DNA of 64,000 nt, from NCBI GenBank assembly GCA_963765535.1, contig CAVXWU010000001.1, positions 13,960 to 77,959 of the forward strand, written 5' to 3'. This DNA comes from an uncultured Verrucomicrobiae bacterium (GTDB taxonomy: Bacteria > Verrucomicrobiota > Verrucomicrobiia > Limisphaerales > JAHDYP01). The notes under the pieces are model-generated. The model worked only from the letters and a program-made list of their open reading frames with translations. It was not told the origin of the DNA and did no database searches. The position numbers were made by a program, and so were the translations under genes. This document shows positions 18,995 through 27,946 of this stretch, in pieces (the first letter of the stretch is position 1; each line of letters begins with the position of its first letter).

Positions 18995-20347
18995 GTGTGG
19001 ACTCCAATGACTGACCATCGTCCAGCGTGGACCGCGCTCCTCCCGGTGGGAGCGGTGCTGGCCATCCTGCTGTTGGTGGCCGGGTGTATGCACCCTGCGC
19101 CCCACGGTGAGAGAGTTACTGCCGAGCCTCTGCTGGAACCGCCGGTAATCGCCTCCAGGGCCGAACTCGACGAGCTCATTGTGCGACTGCACGAACCCGA
19201 TACGCGTATGCAGGCGTTCGCGGACCTGCTCGCGTTCGCTGATCCGCTTGGCTACGGCAGCACCGGCGATCTGGATGCCGATATTCTCCACCACGAGGCG
19301 TACGAGGCGGCGCGGAACGGCCCCGAACTCGAAGCGACCGTGACAGCCTACGTCAGCCAGCTGGACCAACCAGAAACTCGCCTGCGAGCCATGCAGGTTC
19401 TCATGCACTTTGCCTCGTACGAGCTGTACGCCGGTGGCAGCTTCGGCTACGGCGGAACCGGGGATGCACAATTCGACGCGCTCCGGAAGCGAGCGGCAAC
19501 TGCGGTGCATACGTGCGCCGATCCGGTCACCGTTGGTCGATCACTGGACTCACCAAACCGGCAACTTCAGTCCTGGGGCGTGGCGCATTTCTGCGGCTCG
19601 GGGCTGACCCAACCAGAGTCGCCGAACCCTTGGCTCCAGCTGCTGCCAAGGCTGGAGCGAGTGGCGAGCCAGGCCGACGCGGGGATTCGCAGCCTGGCGG
19701 TCGAGCGACTTAGAGACTACCCCGACTCCCGCCTGTTCTTGATCAATCGAACCGAGGCTGAGACCTCCCCAGAGGTTTTGATGCGCCTGATGCACGATCA
19801 AGTGTCCCGCGATGAATTCAATGAGCGTTTCGTAGCGAGACTCTGCTCTCTCCTCAGTCACCCGGAACCGGATGTGCGCCACGACGCTTTGCTCTTTGTG
19901 GGATTCAACAGTGGCCGAGCCGCCGTATGGCAATTCACCTTCGACGCGAGAGTCTTCGACCTGGTCCTGAATTCGACGCGCTCCCCGTTGGCTCAAGAGC
20001 GGGCGGATGCGGCTTATGCCCTTACCGATATTCGGGATCTCGACCTCGATCGCAGTCGAAAGGCGTTCCTTCGTCTGGCCAATGACCCTTCTTCCGAAGT
20101 CCGGTGGCGCGTGGCCTCGGGCCTGGTTGGACATCTTCAGCGGGAGGACGTGAAATCCGTAATTGAGGCGCTGCTGCAAGACGATGTGACTCTCGTCCGT
20201 TACATGACCATCCTTGCTGTCGGGCCTGAAAACCATGCAGAGGAGTTGCGAGTGCTGCGAAAGTGTGAGGACAGACAGGTCGCTGGTTGGGCAGCAGAGA
20301 AGCTCGAACAACTAGGGGAAACCCAAGTGCCAAGGAAAGGGCCATGA
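18995..20347 (+). CDS. HEAT-repeat lipoprotein
   Basis: Lipobox LLLVAGC. Repeated helical pairs such as PDVRHDALLFVG and SEVRWRVASGLVGHL..EDVKSVIEALLQDDVTLVRYMTILAVG. Confidence 0.65.
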   Translation: MWTPMTDHRPAWTALLPVGAVLAILLLVAGCMHPAPHGERVTAEPLLEPPVIASRAELDELIVRLHEPDTRMQAFADLLAFADPLGYGSTGDLDADILHHEAYEAARNGPELEATVTAYVSQLDQPETRLRAMQVLMHFASYELYAGGSFGYGGTGDAQFDALRKRAATAVHTCADPVTVGRSLDSPNRQLQSWGVAHFCGSGLTQPESPNPWLQLLPRLERVASQADAGIRSLAVERLRDYPDSRLFLINRTEAETSPEVLMRLMHDQVSRDEFNERFVARLCSLLSHPEPDVRHDALLFVGFNSGRAAVWQFTFDARVFDLVLNSTRSPLAQERADAAYALTDIRDLDLDRSRKAFLRLANDPSSEVRWRVASGLVGHLQREDVKSVIEALLQDDVTLVRYMTILAVGPENHAEELRVLRKCEDRQVAGWAAEKLEQLGETQVPRKGP

Positions 20348-20823
20348 AATCTCCCGTGGAGCGCGGATCGCAGGAATCTGTGGAACAGTCTCACCCCATG
20401 AAACCCCAACCTCTCATTTGCGTCCGCGATGTTGAAGCCAGTAGCCAGTGGTACCAACGCCTGCTCGGATGCCGGAGTGCCCACGGCGGCCCGGATTACG
20501 AGCGCCTGGTCTACGGCAACGACCTCGTGCTCCAGCTCCATAGCTGGCATGTGGAACACCACCACGGCCCGATCGGCGACCCCAGCTCCAAACCCTACGG
20601 CAACGGTGTCCTGCTGTGGTTCGAGATTGATGACTTCGACGCCGCAGTCAAACGAGCCCAGGCCATAGCTGCGGAGGTTGTCATGCCCCGGCACCGCAAT
20701 CCTCCCGACGGCGACGGCGGCCCCAACCACTGGGAATACTGGCTGCGCGATCCGGACGGCTACACGGTCGTTCTGGCCAGCCCAGACGGCTCCGCCGACG
20801 GAACCTGGAAGCCCGATCGATAG
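20344..20823 (+). CDS. VOC/glyoxalase family protein
   Basis: ICVRDVEASSQWYQRLLG...VLQLHSW...GVLLWFEIDDFDAAVKRAQ...YWLRDPDGYTVVLAS. The start overlaps the upstream stop (ATGA). Confidence 0.75.
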   Translation: MKSPVERGSQESVEQSHPMKPQPLICVRDVEASSQWYQRLLGCRSAHGGPDYERLVYGNDLVLQLHSWHVEHHHGPIGDPSSKPYGNGVLLWFEIDDFDAAVKRAQAIAAEVVMPRHRNPPDGDGGPNHWEYWLRDPDGYTVVLASPDGSADGTWKPDR

Positions 20824-21170
20824 GCGGTGCCCCGGCCAGAGCTCGGAATCCCACTACATTTCCTCGTTCAGTCGTACAATCAGCTGCCCAGACTGTACTC
20901 GGCTTCCGAACCCGGCGGGCGGATAGTCCTATGAACTTCTCTGGCCCGGCGACGCGGTCCATGTCGTGGGGATCCGCACCTCGATAATCGTCCCGCCCCT
21001 TCTTTGCCACGCGCGGACGCATGGCCATGCGCGAGAGTAAGGGTCAATGTGCGGGACTGACCGTTATACACGGTTCAATCCCGGCCGGTTCGAACGAGTC
21101 GTTGGAACCCGTCCTGACGGCCGAGGTTTTCGCACGTGGTTGGGCTTACGTGATATAGGTGATCCGGGCG

Positions 21171-21228
21171 TTATTCACCGGGGGCGAGGAGCCGGTCCTC
21201 CGAGCTCGCCGCAGCCCCCGGTGAATAA
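21171..21228. other. 58 nt GC-rich extended hairpin upstream of the IS110 transposase
   Basis: TTATTCACCGGGGGC...GCCCCCGGTGAATAA (15 bp perfect arms) with further internal pairing. Confidence 0.6.
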
Positions 21229-21507
21229 CCCCGGCGGCCGGTCCAACGCGTTGGACTTTCCGGGCTGCCCGCAGTAATTCATATGCTGGATTTCACGCCC
21301 CGGCGGGATAGGACTGATAACGTTCGGTCGCACGACGACTTTGCGCTTCATGGTCCGCCCGCCGGGACGCGCCTTAACCTGAAACGACTCACTCCAGAGG
21401 CCGTTCCAGATGGCTTCCATCGGAACTGTTCTATATTGGCGTCGCGGGGTCAAGGCCGCGTGAAGTCCCTCGGTCATCAACACACACATCAAACCAAAGG
21501 ACTCCAT

Positions 21508-22815
21508 ATGCACATCCCCGAACCTGCCTTCGACCTGGTCCTCGGCATGGACCGCTCCGACCGCAAGGTCAACCTCTATCAACTGGATTTGCTCGCCCAC
21601 CAGGAGCATGCCAGTGTGCTCTCCACCGATCCGGCCGCCCTCCAGGCCTGGGCCACCGACCTCCGACAACGCTTCCCCCGACACCGCGTGGCCATCGTCT
21701 TCGAACAGCCCGCCAACAACCTCATCGGCTTCTTCAGCCAGTATGATTGGATCACCCTCTATCCCATCAACCCGATCAGCCTCCAGAAATTCCGCGAGAC
21801 CTTCGTCGTCAGTCGCGCCAACGACGATGCCAAGGACGCCTTCTACCTGGCCCATCTGCTGGCCGCCCACGGCCAGCACTTCCGGGCCTGGTCGCCGGAG
21901 GACGCCGACACTCGCCAACTTCAGCGCCTGGTCGTGGATCGCCGTCATGTGGTCGATCATCGCACCGGCCTGGGCAACCGGCTTCAGGCCCTCCTGAAGG
22001 ATTACTTCCCCCAGGCCTTGGACCTCATCGGCGAAGAGGTGTTCCGCCCTCTGGCCACGGCCTTTCTCAAACGTTGGCCTACTCTGCAGCAGGCCCAGAA
22101 AGCCACACCGGAATCCCTCCGCAAGTTCTATTATGGCCAGGGTTCGCACCGGGAACCGTTGCTCCAGAAACGGCTCGAACGCATCCGCACCGCCGTCCCC
22201 CTGAGCGACGATCCGGGTGTCCTGCACAGCTACGTGTTGCGCACCCGACTCACCGTCGAGGAACTCGAACACGCCACCCGTACCGTCAAGACCTACGATC
22301 GCCAGATCGCGCTCACCTTCGAAAGTCATCCCGAGCACGCCCTCTTCGCCAACCTCCCCGGCGCTGGTCCGGCGTTCGCTCCCCGGCTCCTGGCCAGCTT
22401 CGGCACCCGGCGCGAGCGCTACGCCACCGCGGCCAACTTCCAATGTGCCAGCGGCATCGCCCCCGTCACCAAACAGAGCGGCAAGAAGCGACACGTCCAC
22501 CGCCGCTACCGGTGCTCGGAGTTCTTCAAGCAGAGCCTCCACGAATGGGCGGGGGAGAGTCGTTTCTTCAGCGGCTGGGCACTGGCCTGCTACCAGATGA
22601 AGCGGGCCGGCGGCATGGGCCACCACGCCGCCGTGCGTTCCCTGGCCTACAAGTGGATTCGGGTTCTGTGGCGTTGCTGGCAGGATCGCACCGTTTACGA
22701 GAAAGCCCAATACCTGGCCGCACTCCGCAAATCCGGCAGTCCCATCATCGCCTGGATGGAACAGAATCCGGCCACCGTCCGTACCCCAAAGCCATTGAAA
22801 CCGGAGAATAATTGA
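21508..22815 (+). CDS. IS110-family transposase (DEDD recombinase)
   Basis: N-terminal LGMDRSDRKVNLY; C-terminal Transposase_20-like NLPGAGPAFAPRLLASFG...FQCASGIAPVTKQSGKK. There is ~680 bp of non-coding sequence upstream. Confidence 0.9.
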   Translation: MHIPEPAFDLVLGMDRSDRKVNLYQLDLLAHQEHASVLSTDPAALQAWATDLRQRFPRHRVAIVFEQPANNLIGFFSQYDWITLYPINPISLQKFRETFVVSRANDDAKDAFYLAHLLAAHGQHFRAWSPEDADTRQLQRLVVDRRHVVDHRTGLGNRLQALLKDYFPQALDLIGEEVFRPLATAFLKRWPTLQQAQKATPESLRKFYYGQGSHREPLLQKRLERIRTAVPLSDDPGVLHSYVLRTRLTVEELEHATRTVKTYDRQIALTFESHPEHALFANLPGAGPAFAPRLLASFGTRRERYATAANFQCASGIAPVTKQSGKKRHVHRRYRCSEFFKQSLHEWAGESRFFSGWALACYQMKRAGGMGHHAAVRSLAYKWIRVLWRCWQDRTVYEKAQYLAALRKSGSPIIAWMEQNPATVRTPKPLKPENN

Positions 22816-22975
22816 AGGCCTCTCCTACTCCCAGCTCCTATGCCACCATCAAACAACAAAACCCGTCCCGAGCTAATTTAGCGCGATGAATATTCCCAAA
22901 GGAGGACGGAAATCAAGAAATGAACAAAATCACTTTAAACCCTTGACGGATCACCTCAGAGGCGAGGTCAGCGAC

Positions 22976-23030
22976 GGGAGCCAGCCGCCGATGACGTTCG
23001 ACTGGACTCTGCGCGAATCGGCTGGCTCCC
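22976..23030. terminator. 12 bp perfect inverted repeat just downstream of the protease gene
   Basis: GGGAGCCAGCCG (22976-22987) and CGGCTGGCTCCC (23019-23030). There is no U-tract and the loop is 31 nt. Confidence 0.3.
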
Positions 23031-23066
23031 GTTCGCTGGACCGCTTTCGTCATGCACCGTGCGTGG

Positions 23067-23996
23067 TTATTCCGTGAGTGGTGCGCTGCTGATGCGTTTG
23101 AGATATAGCGTCTGTTTGGGGAAGTTGAACGTGGCGAGGTGGCGTGCCAGAAAACGCATCCCTATCAAACCTCTGAGGCGTCTGGCGGGAAAATCTCCCA
23201 TGAAGAACTTGAGATCCGTATAGGGCTGCCCACACATTTCGAGGCGTGAGAACGCGTTTCCGGACGCGGAACGACCATCGGCAACGGTCATCACAAGATC
23301 GGGGCCGATCGGGGGATGCTCACGCACGAGCCATTCGAAGAGCTTCGTCGAGAGCATGCCATCAAAAGGCCCCGAACAGCCGGTGTCCAAAACAAAGCGC
23401 ATCTTGCCACGACCGAATAGATCGGCATCGAAAGCGCTAATCCCAGAGGTTTCAAAGGTAATGGGGAATGACGGGCCCAGACCCTGCGTATCCAGATCGT
23501 CGGGGTCCAGGAAGCGCAGCTTGCGGGCGGTGCAATCCACCTGCACGCAGTAGTACTGCAGGCAGTCCATTCCCAGAATCCCCTTCTGCGGGGGCGAGCG
23601 GTTCGCCATGGGGAGAGTCGAAACGCGCGGGCCCATCAGCAATCTGATGTTTCCGGCGAAGAGTCTGGGCGCTGGATAGATTTGCTCGGTTTTCTGTCTG
23701 TTGTCGAAAGAGAACCGGGCGCGCCGTGAGCCGGCCCGGCGTCCCAGCTTGGGTGCCAGAGTTTCGTCCAGGTACGTCCGGCCGCTTGCTGTGTCGACCT
23801 GAAAGGGCAACTCCTCTCCGCCCTCCAGGTGGAGGTTCACCAGAATGGGTCCCTCCGCCAAGCCGGCTTCGTCGATGGTGAGTTCGACGGGTAGTTCCAG
23901 ATGGGACGTGTCGGCGGCGGCCCACATTGCCGGATTTCCAGAGAAACAGAGAGTAAAGGAAACAATTAGAGTGAGGAGGTGTTGGATCGAACTCAT
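23067..23996 (-). CDS. secreted two-lobed retropepsin-like aspartyl protease
   Basis: Signal peptide MSSIQHLLTLIVSFTLCF. Two catalytic-type motifs (FQVDTASG, FVLDTGCSG), each followed by an ILGMD-type block (GILGMDCL, GLIGMRFL). Confidence 0.65.
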   Translation of the reverse strand: MSSIQHLLTLIVSFTLCFSGNPAMWAAADTSHLELPVELTIDEAGLAEGPILVNLHLEGGEELPFQVDTASGRTYLDETLAPKLGRRAGSRRARFSFDNRQKTEQIYPAPRLFAGNIRLLMGPRVSTLPMANRSPPQKGILGMDCLQYYCVQVDCTARKLRFLDPDDLDTQGLGPSFPITFETSGISAFDADLFGRGKMRFVLDTGCSGPFDGMLSTKLFEWLVREHPPIGPDLVMTVADGRSASGNAFSRLEMCGQPYTDLKFFMGDFPARRLRGLIGMRFLARHLATFNFPKQTLYLKRISSAPLTE

Positions 23997-24001
23997 GTCG
24001 G

Positions 24002-24334
24002 TTAACCGTGCATAACGCAAAAGATCATCGATGACCGCTGGAGACGAGCATTCAGCTGGAAGACGGTCACCCGGATCAAAGCGCCATCCGAACTGGTCAT
24101 GCGGACGCTCATTCGGTGCATCGACGGGTGTGCGCCTGACATGGGCGTGAACTGATGGGGTGACTCGCCTTCGTCGAAAACTTCGGCGCGGCAGGGAAGT
24201 CCCCTGTGCAGGAACACGGTTGTCCGCCCGGGCCTCATGGTTGGGAGGATGACGCAAGCATTAGACAGAAGCAACAGTGGAAGGGCGAGGTCCCGCCCAA
24301 GGCCAGCGCGGCAGAGGCGAGAGTGCTGCTTCAT
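24002..24334 (-). CDS. small putative lipoprotein, first gene of the protease operon
   Basis: MKQHSRLCRAGLGRDLALPLLLLSNAC.... It ends 6 nt before the protease start. Confidence 0.4.
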   Translation of the reverse strand: MKQHSRLCRAGLGRDLALPLLLLSNACVILPTMRPGRTTVFLHRGLPCRAEVFDEGESPHQFTPMSGAHPSMHRMSVRMTSSDGALIRVTVFQLNARLQRSSMIFCVMHG

Positions 24335-24390
24335 CCTTCGGGACTGTCAGGAACCGCCGGATGCGGAGCCGCATGTCCGGTGGTGTGGGG

Positions 24391-24413
24391 GGCGGGGGCT
24401 AGAAACCCCCGCC
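24391..24413 (-). terminator. GC hairpin after the 24485-24877 gene
   Basis: GGCGGGGG-CTAGAAA-CCCCCGCC (8 bp stem). No clear U-tract. Confidence 0.35.
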
Positions 24414-24484
24414 TACCCGATTCGGCAAGTTCATCACGTGAGTCTAAATCGTACCACATAAGTTCTCGCAGGTCGGTGTTTCCG

Positions 24485-24877
24485 TTACTCGGGAGGAAAC
24501 CGTGTTTTCAACATTTCCCGCCCGTCGGCGGTCATGCGGAGTGCGCCGTTCAACGCCTCGATAACAATCTGAGTCGCCGTGACCGGAAAGGCGGCCGTCA
24601 TGTTATCATCGAGCACTACTCGGCCTTCCTCAACGCGTAGCTGGTGATCGCCAAAGCCGATGAGCACATGGTCATCACGCTCGACGATAGTCGCGGGGCG
24701 ATCCGAGACGGCTTGGATCTCGTAACCTCTCAACCTCGCGGCGAGCACGTACCAAGTAGGAGGACTCCCATCCATGGATCTGCATCCAACCAAAGACGGC
24801 AGAAGCAGCGTAGCTGCTACGGTCGCGACGAGCATGAAACTCGCTCGTTGCGGACAGTCAGTGGCTTTTGTTGTCAT
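24485..24877 (-). CDS. lipoprotein, unknown function
   Basis: MTTKATDCPQRASFMLVATVAATLLLPSLVGC lipobox. ATG at 24877 chosen. Confidence 0.5.
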   Translation of the reverse strand: MTTKATDCPQRASFMLVATVAATLLLPSLVGCRSMDGSPPTWYVLAARLRGYEIQAVSDRPATIVERDDHVLIGFGDHQLRVEEGRVVLDDNMTAAFPVTATQIVIEALNGALRMTADGREMLKTRFPPE

Positions 24878-24918
24878 CGCAGGTGTTGTTTGCAGAAATG
24901 GCCGAACTATTGAGTGGG

Positions 24919-24982
24919 GCAAACGCGTTAATTGAAGGGGAAGCTGTCATTTGGCATTGCCCCAACTGGCTCACCTCCCGAA
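24919..24982 (-). repeat. shared ~65 bp upstream element, copy A
   Basis: ~85-90% identical to 30127-30192. Core is GAAGCTGTCATTTGGCATTGCCCCA. It lies 42 nt upstream of the gene start. Confidence 0.65.
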
Positions 24983-25149
24983 GCCGCGTGCCTGCCCGTG
25001 CTCATGACAGAACGAGTTTAGCTTATCCCTGGTACAGGTGCAATACGGGCTAAGCGGAAAGCAGGTCCACAACTAGCACCAATTAAAGACGAGGATCCTG
25101 ATTTCGGTCGCAGTTCATGACGGTGTTCCTCCAATTCGGGCTCAGGAAC

Positions 25150-25986
25150 TCACGGCCCCGAAATCGGGATTTTATAGAAATACAAGTAGGTTGACGGTTC
25201 CAAGATGGCTTTCGTCCCAAGTGCGATCGTTTGGAAGCGATACCATGTGACGTGACCGTCCTCAAAAAGGAAATTACCGCCCTCGGGCACATCGCGGCTC
25301 CCGGCATGCGAGGAGTGAGGCACAAACACATCATCCCCGACCCGAAAGCGCCAACTCAAAACCCTCACGTCATCTGCGGAATTTGCTATTCCCCAACCGG
25401 CAATCCGGTCTACGACGGTCGGCGCACGAAGAAACTCCCCGCCGAACTTGGTGCGTGCATGCCAGCCCTCGATTCCGGCGATCTTGAAGTCCCAAGCCAT
25501 CCGCCAACGGTCCACGTCCTGATAGGGCAGTATATGGTAACCACAGAACACTGGAACATTCTCGGAAAGTCCAGGCTGAAGGTCGGCGTCACGGTGCAAC
25601 TTATCGGTCGGGCAGAACAGAACGTGGTTCCAGGCTTTCTGCTCCTTGGTCTTGTCCCAGCGCAGGAGATAATCGCGCCAAAACTTGATCATGTTCGTCC
25701 CAGCATATCCGACCCCGTTCGCGTCCCGATTATCTGGAAAAAAATCCTCATGATCGCCGGCATGCATGATCATCGCGATTCCCCACTCGCGCAGGTTGCT
25801 TTTGCACATCGTCTTGTAAGCCTGCCTCCGTGCGCCCGCCGCGGCCGGTAGCAACATGGCCGCCAGAATGGCGATGATCGCGATCACCGCCAGAAGCTCG
25901 ATGAGAGTGAATCCTGGTCCAGATGTACCGACATGTGGCCCGGCACCCGATTGCTTTACATAGGAGCGGATCTTCACGTCACGCAA
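25150..25986 (-). CDS. prepilin-type N-terminal cleavage/methylation domain protein (H-X9-DG / DUF1559-like)
   Basis: [24 protein letters not shown] followed by C-terminal HSSHAGS...[12 protein letters not shown]. Confidence 0.85.
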   Translation of the reverse strand: MRDVKIRSYVKQSGAGPHVGTSGPGFTLIELLAVIAIIAILAAMLLPAAAGARRQAYKTMCKSNLREWGIAMIMHAGDHEDFFPDNRDANGVGYAGTNMIKFWRDYLLRWDKTKEQKAWNHVLFCPTDKLHRDADLQPGLSENVPVFCGYHILPYQDVDRWRMAWDFKIAGIEGWHARTKFGGEFLRAPTVVDRIAGWGIANSADDVRVLSWRFRVGDDVFVPHSSHAGSRDVPEGGNFLFEDGHVTWYRFQTIALGTKAILEPSTYLYFYKIPISGP

Positions 25987-26208
25987 GCAGTTGCAGCAAC
26001 TGAGAAAAGGCCGATGAACCCTAGCCCATCCCCGATGGCGCGTCTACAAGCCCCGGCAGTTTTCAACCATCCTCATTTCCCCCATTAGAGCGAGGTCATC
26101 GAGGATGGTGGCAGGCACTTCTGGTTCCAGAATTATCGCGCTGAAAACCATAACAACAATCGCGGGACTGCGTGCTGCTTCATCCTTCGGGCTGACCGGG
26201 ACCGGCAG

Positions 26209-26262
26209 ACCTTCAGGCTCATAACCTGAAGGTCCCTGGTTCAAATCCAGGCCCCGCAACCA
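26209..26262 (+). pseudogene. 3' half of a tRNA-Met(CAT) gene (anticodon arm to CCA); the 5' half is not tRNA-like
   Basis: ACCTTCAGG-CTCATAA-CCTGAAGGT, T arm CCTGG-TTCAAAT-CCAGG, then CCCCGCAACCA (an initiator-type 3' end). The expected D-arm position holds 42 nt of unrelated sequence. Confidence 0.6.
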
Positions 26263-26285
26263 ATTTGGCGTTGATGCTCAACAGA

Positions 26286-26322
26286 TTAAGCCGCTGGCCT
26301 CCAGCGGCTTAATCGCTTTTTT
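26286..26322 (+). terminator. rho-independent terminator after the tRNA-Met fragment
   Basis: TTAAGCCGCTGG-CCT-CCAGCGGCTTAA followed by TCGCTTTTTTGG. Confidence 0.65.
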
Positions 26323-26544
26323 GGCACGCAAATTCACTTCGACGCTCGAACCTGTTGCACTTTGTTGCAGGATTTTGCGCTTTGTTGCGTTGCCAAATTT
26401 TTGCCAAATAACTTGGCGGTCGAGAGGCGAACGGTCTCAAGTTCAAGTCCTCGGCATCCGAAGACGGCCGCTGCGCTGAGCGGGATCCACAATGACGCGC
26501 ACGAACGGAACTGCGTGCCGCCAGGCTAGAAGGAGGTACGCACA

Positions 26545-27873
26545 TCACTTCGATTCGTCACGTCTGGCCGCCGTCAGCTGCCAATCCTTCTTTCCTTCTG
26601 CAGGGACGTCGACTTCTTGCTGGAGCTGAACGGACTGCGGAGGCAACCCTGGTCCAAACCCGGAACCCATTTGCTGTGGGGGGCCTCGCAGCGCGAGCAT
26701 GATTTGACCTGTCGGCAGCTTTCCATTGAACGAACCATCCGCGGCCACCTTCGCTTCACCGTCCGTGCCGTTGCACTTCCAGTCCGGCTCGATCAGGTCC
26801 TCGAAGGTGGCGAAGAGTTCCACCGGTTCATCAGGCGGCTTTCCGCGATTGTCCCGCAGCATGCCAGAAACCTCGACCATAGGTCGCAAGCGAATGCGCA
26901 GATCCTGTGTGCCGCCCCAATCTCTCGTCGGGTGCTCGCGCGTTTCCGTTGCGGCAGTCACCCTCGCAAAACCCTCGCGATATACGTCGAAGTAAAGGAC
27001 CGTCAACGCTTCGGGGATCTGCAACTCGAAACGCCCTGTATGGTCGGTGAGCCCCCGCGAACCGCTGATCGTCGTGAATAGGACGTTCCGATGGATGCCA
27101 GCGCCCGTAACCGGGTCCCCCGTGACGGAATCCACAACGCTTCCTGTCACCCTGATCGACGGTGCCAGCCCGAGGTCAACGGAGACGTTCGTTCTCATCC
27201 CCGTGCCGGGGTCGGGATCAAGCTGCAGTGTCAGCCTCGAGGTCCACAGCGGTTCATCGCTCACAGCTTCGAAAATCGCACTTGCGGCGATCGGGTTGTT
27301 GTAGTCGACGAAATCGATGCCAGGCATCGACCACACCCCGTTGCTGGCACTGTGCGCGACCCCTTCGGGAGTCGCGATCGGATAGAACGTCGTTGAATTG
27401 AACGCTATTGGATTCCAATGTTTGAAGTGAGCCGAAACAAGGGAGACAGTCGCGCCGGCAATCGGATGCCCTTGCGAGTCGAGTGTCCTGCCTTCAATCA
27501 GGAAGGGGCGACCGAGTCGAAGCACAGGCGTCCATGGTTCAGTCTTGCGTCGCCCCGACACTGCGATTTGGCACGTAGCTGCGCAGCCTTCGGCTCTGAC
27601 GATGATGTATCCCCACCAGGCTGAATTACTCTGTTCACGGTCCACGGAAAAGACACCATTCGTGTCGGCGACGGCTTGGGCTTCAGGCTGGCGCTCGGGA
27701 CAAGCATAACCGGTCAATACTCGGACCCTGGCACCCGCCGCCGGCTTTCCATCGAAGCGGACAAGACGACGCGATACATTGACCGTCTCCGCGTAAGCTG
27801 ATTGTGCGGCGATCACCGAGAAGGTAAGCGCCATTACCACCTGAAAATGGAACAGAACCAGTGCAGTGCTCAT
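26545..27873 (-). CDS. secreted protein with carboxypeptidase-regulatory-like / Ig-like beta-sandwich repeats
   Basis: Signal peptide MSTALVLFHFQVVMALTFSVIAAQSAYA. Repeated G.PVAGA.V blocks (GKPAAGARVRVL, GHPIAGATVSLV, GDPVTGAGIH). Confidence 0.55.
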   Translation of the reverse strand: MSTALVLFHFQVVMALTFSVIAAQSAYAETVNVSRRLVRFDGKPAAGARVRVLTGYACPERQPEAQAVADTNGVFSVDREQSNSAWWGYIIVRAEGCAATCQIAVSGRRKTEPWTPVLRLGRPFLIEGRTLDSQGHPIAGATVSLVSAHFKHWNPIAFNSTTFYPIATPEGVAHSASNGVWSMPGIDFVDYNNPIAASAIFEAVSDEPLWTSRLTLQLDPDPGTGMRTNVSVDLGLAPSIRVTGSVVDSVTGDPVTGAGIHRNVLFTTISGSRGLTDHTGRFELQIPEALTVLYFDVYREGFARVTAATETREHPTRDWGGTQDLRIRLRPMVEVSGMLRDNRGKPPDEPVELFATFEDLIEPDWKCNGTDGEAKVAADGSFNGKLPTGQIMLALRGPPQQMGSGFGPGLPPQSVQLQQEVDVPAEGKKDWQLTAARRDESK

Positions 27874-27946
27874 CGAGTATGCCCGACGCGGTAATCTAAG
27901 GGAAAGCTGTGAGTGGGGGTCAGGCCCATCGGCTACCGGACACTGC

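Noticed and set aside
21080-21115. T-loop-like strings (GGTTCAATCCCGG, GGTTCGAAC) upstream of the IS110 gene, and a similar string at ~44620-44650, as tRNA fragments.
   Set aside because: No flanking stems or acceptor strands can be paired. This is probably chance.
24940-24965. Sigma-54 promoter in the shared upstream element (TGGCAT...TGCC).
   Set aside because: The GG and GC dinucleotides are not at the required 10 nt spacing on either strand.
26161-26262. Possible intact 102 nt tRNA-Met, since CGCGGGA at 26161 could pair with the CCCCGCA acceptor strand.
   Set aside because: No D arm can be formed. The 42 nt between the acceptor and the anticodon stem duplicates an unrelated gene-start region. 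The acceptor pairing also has an extra mismatch. I treated it as a 3' fragment.
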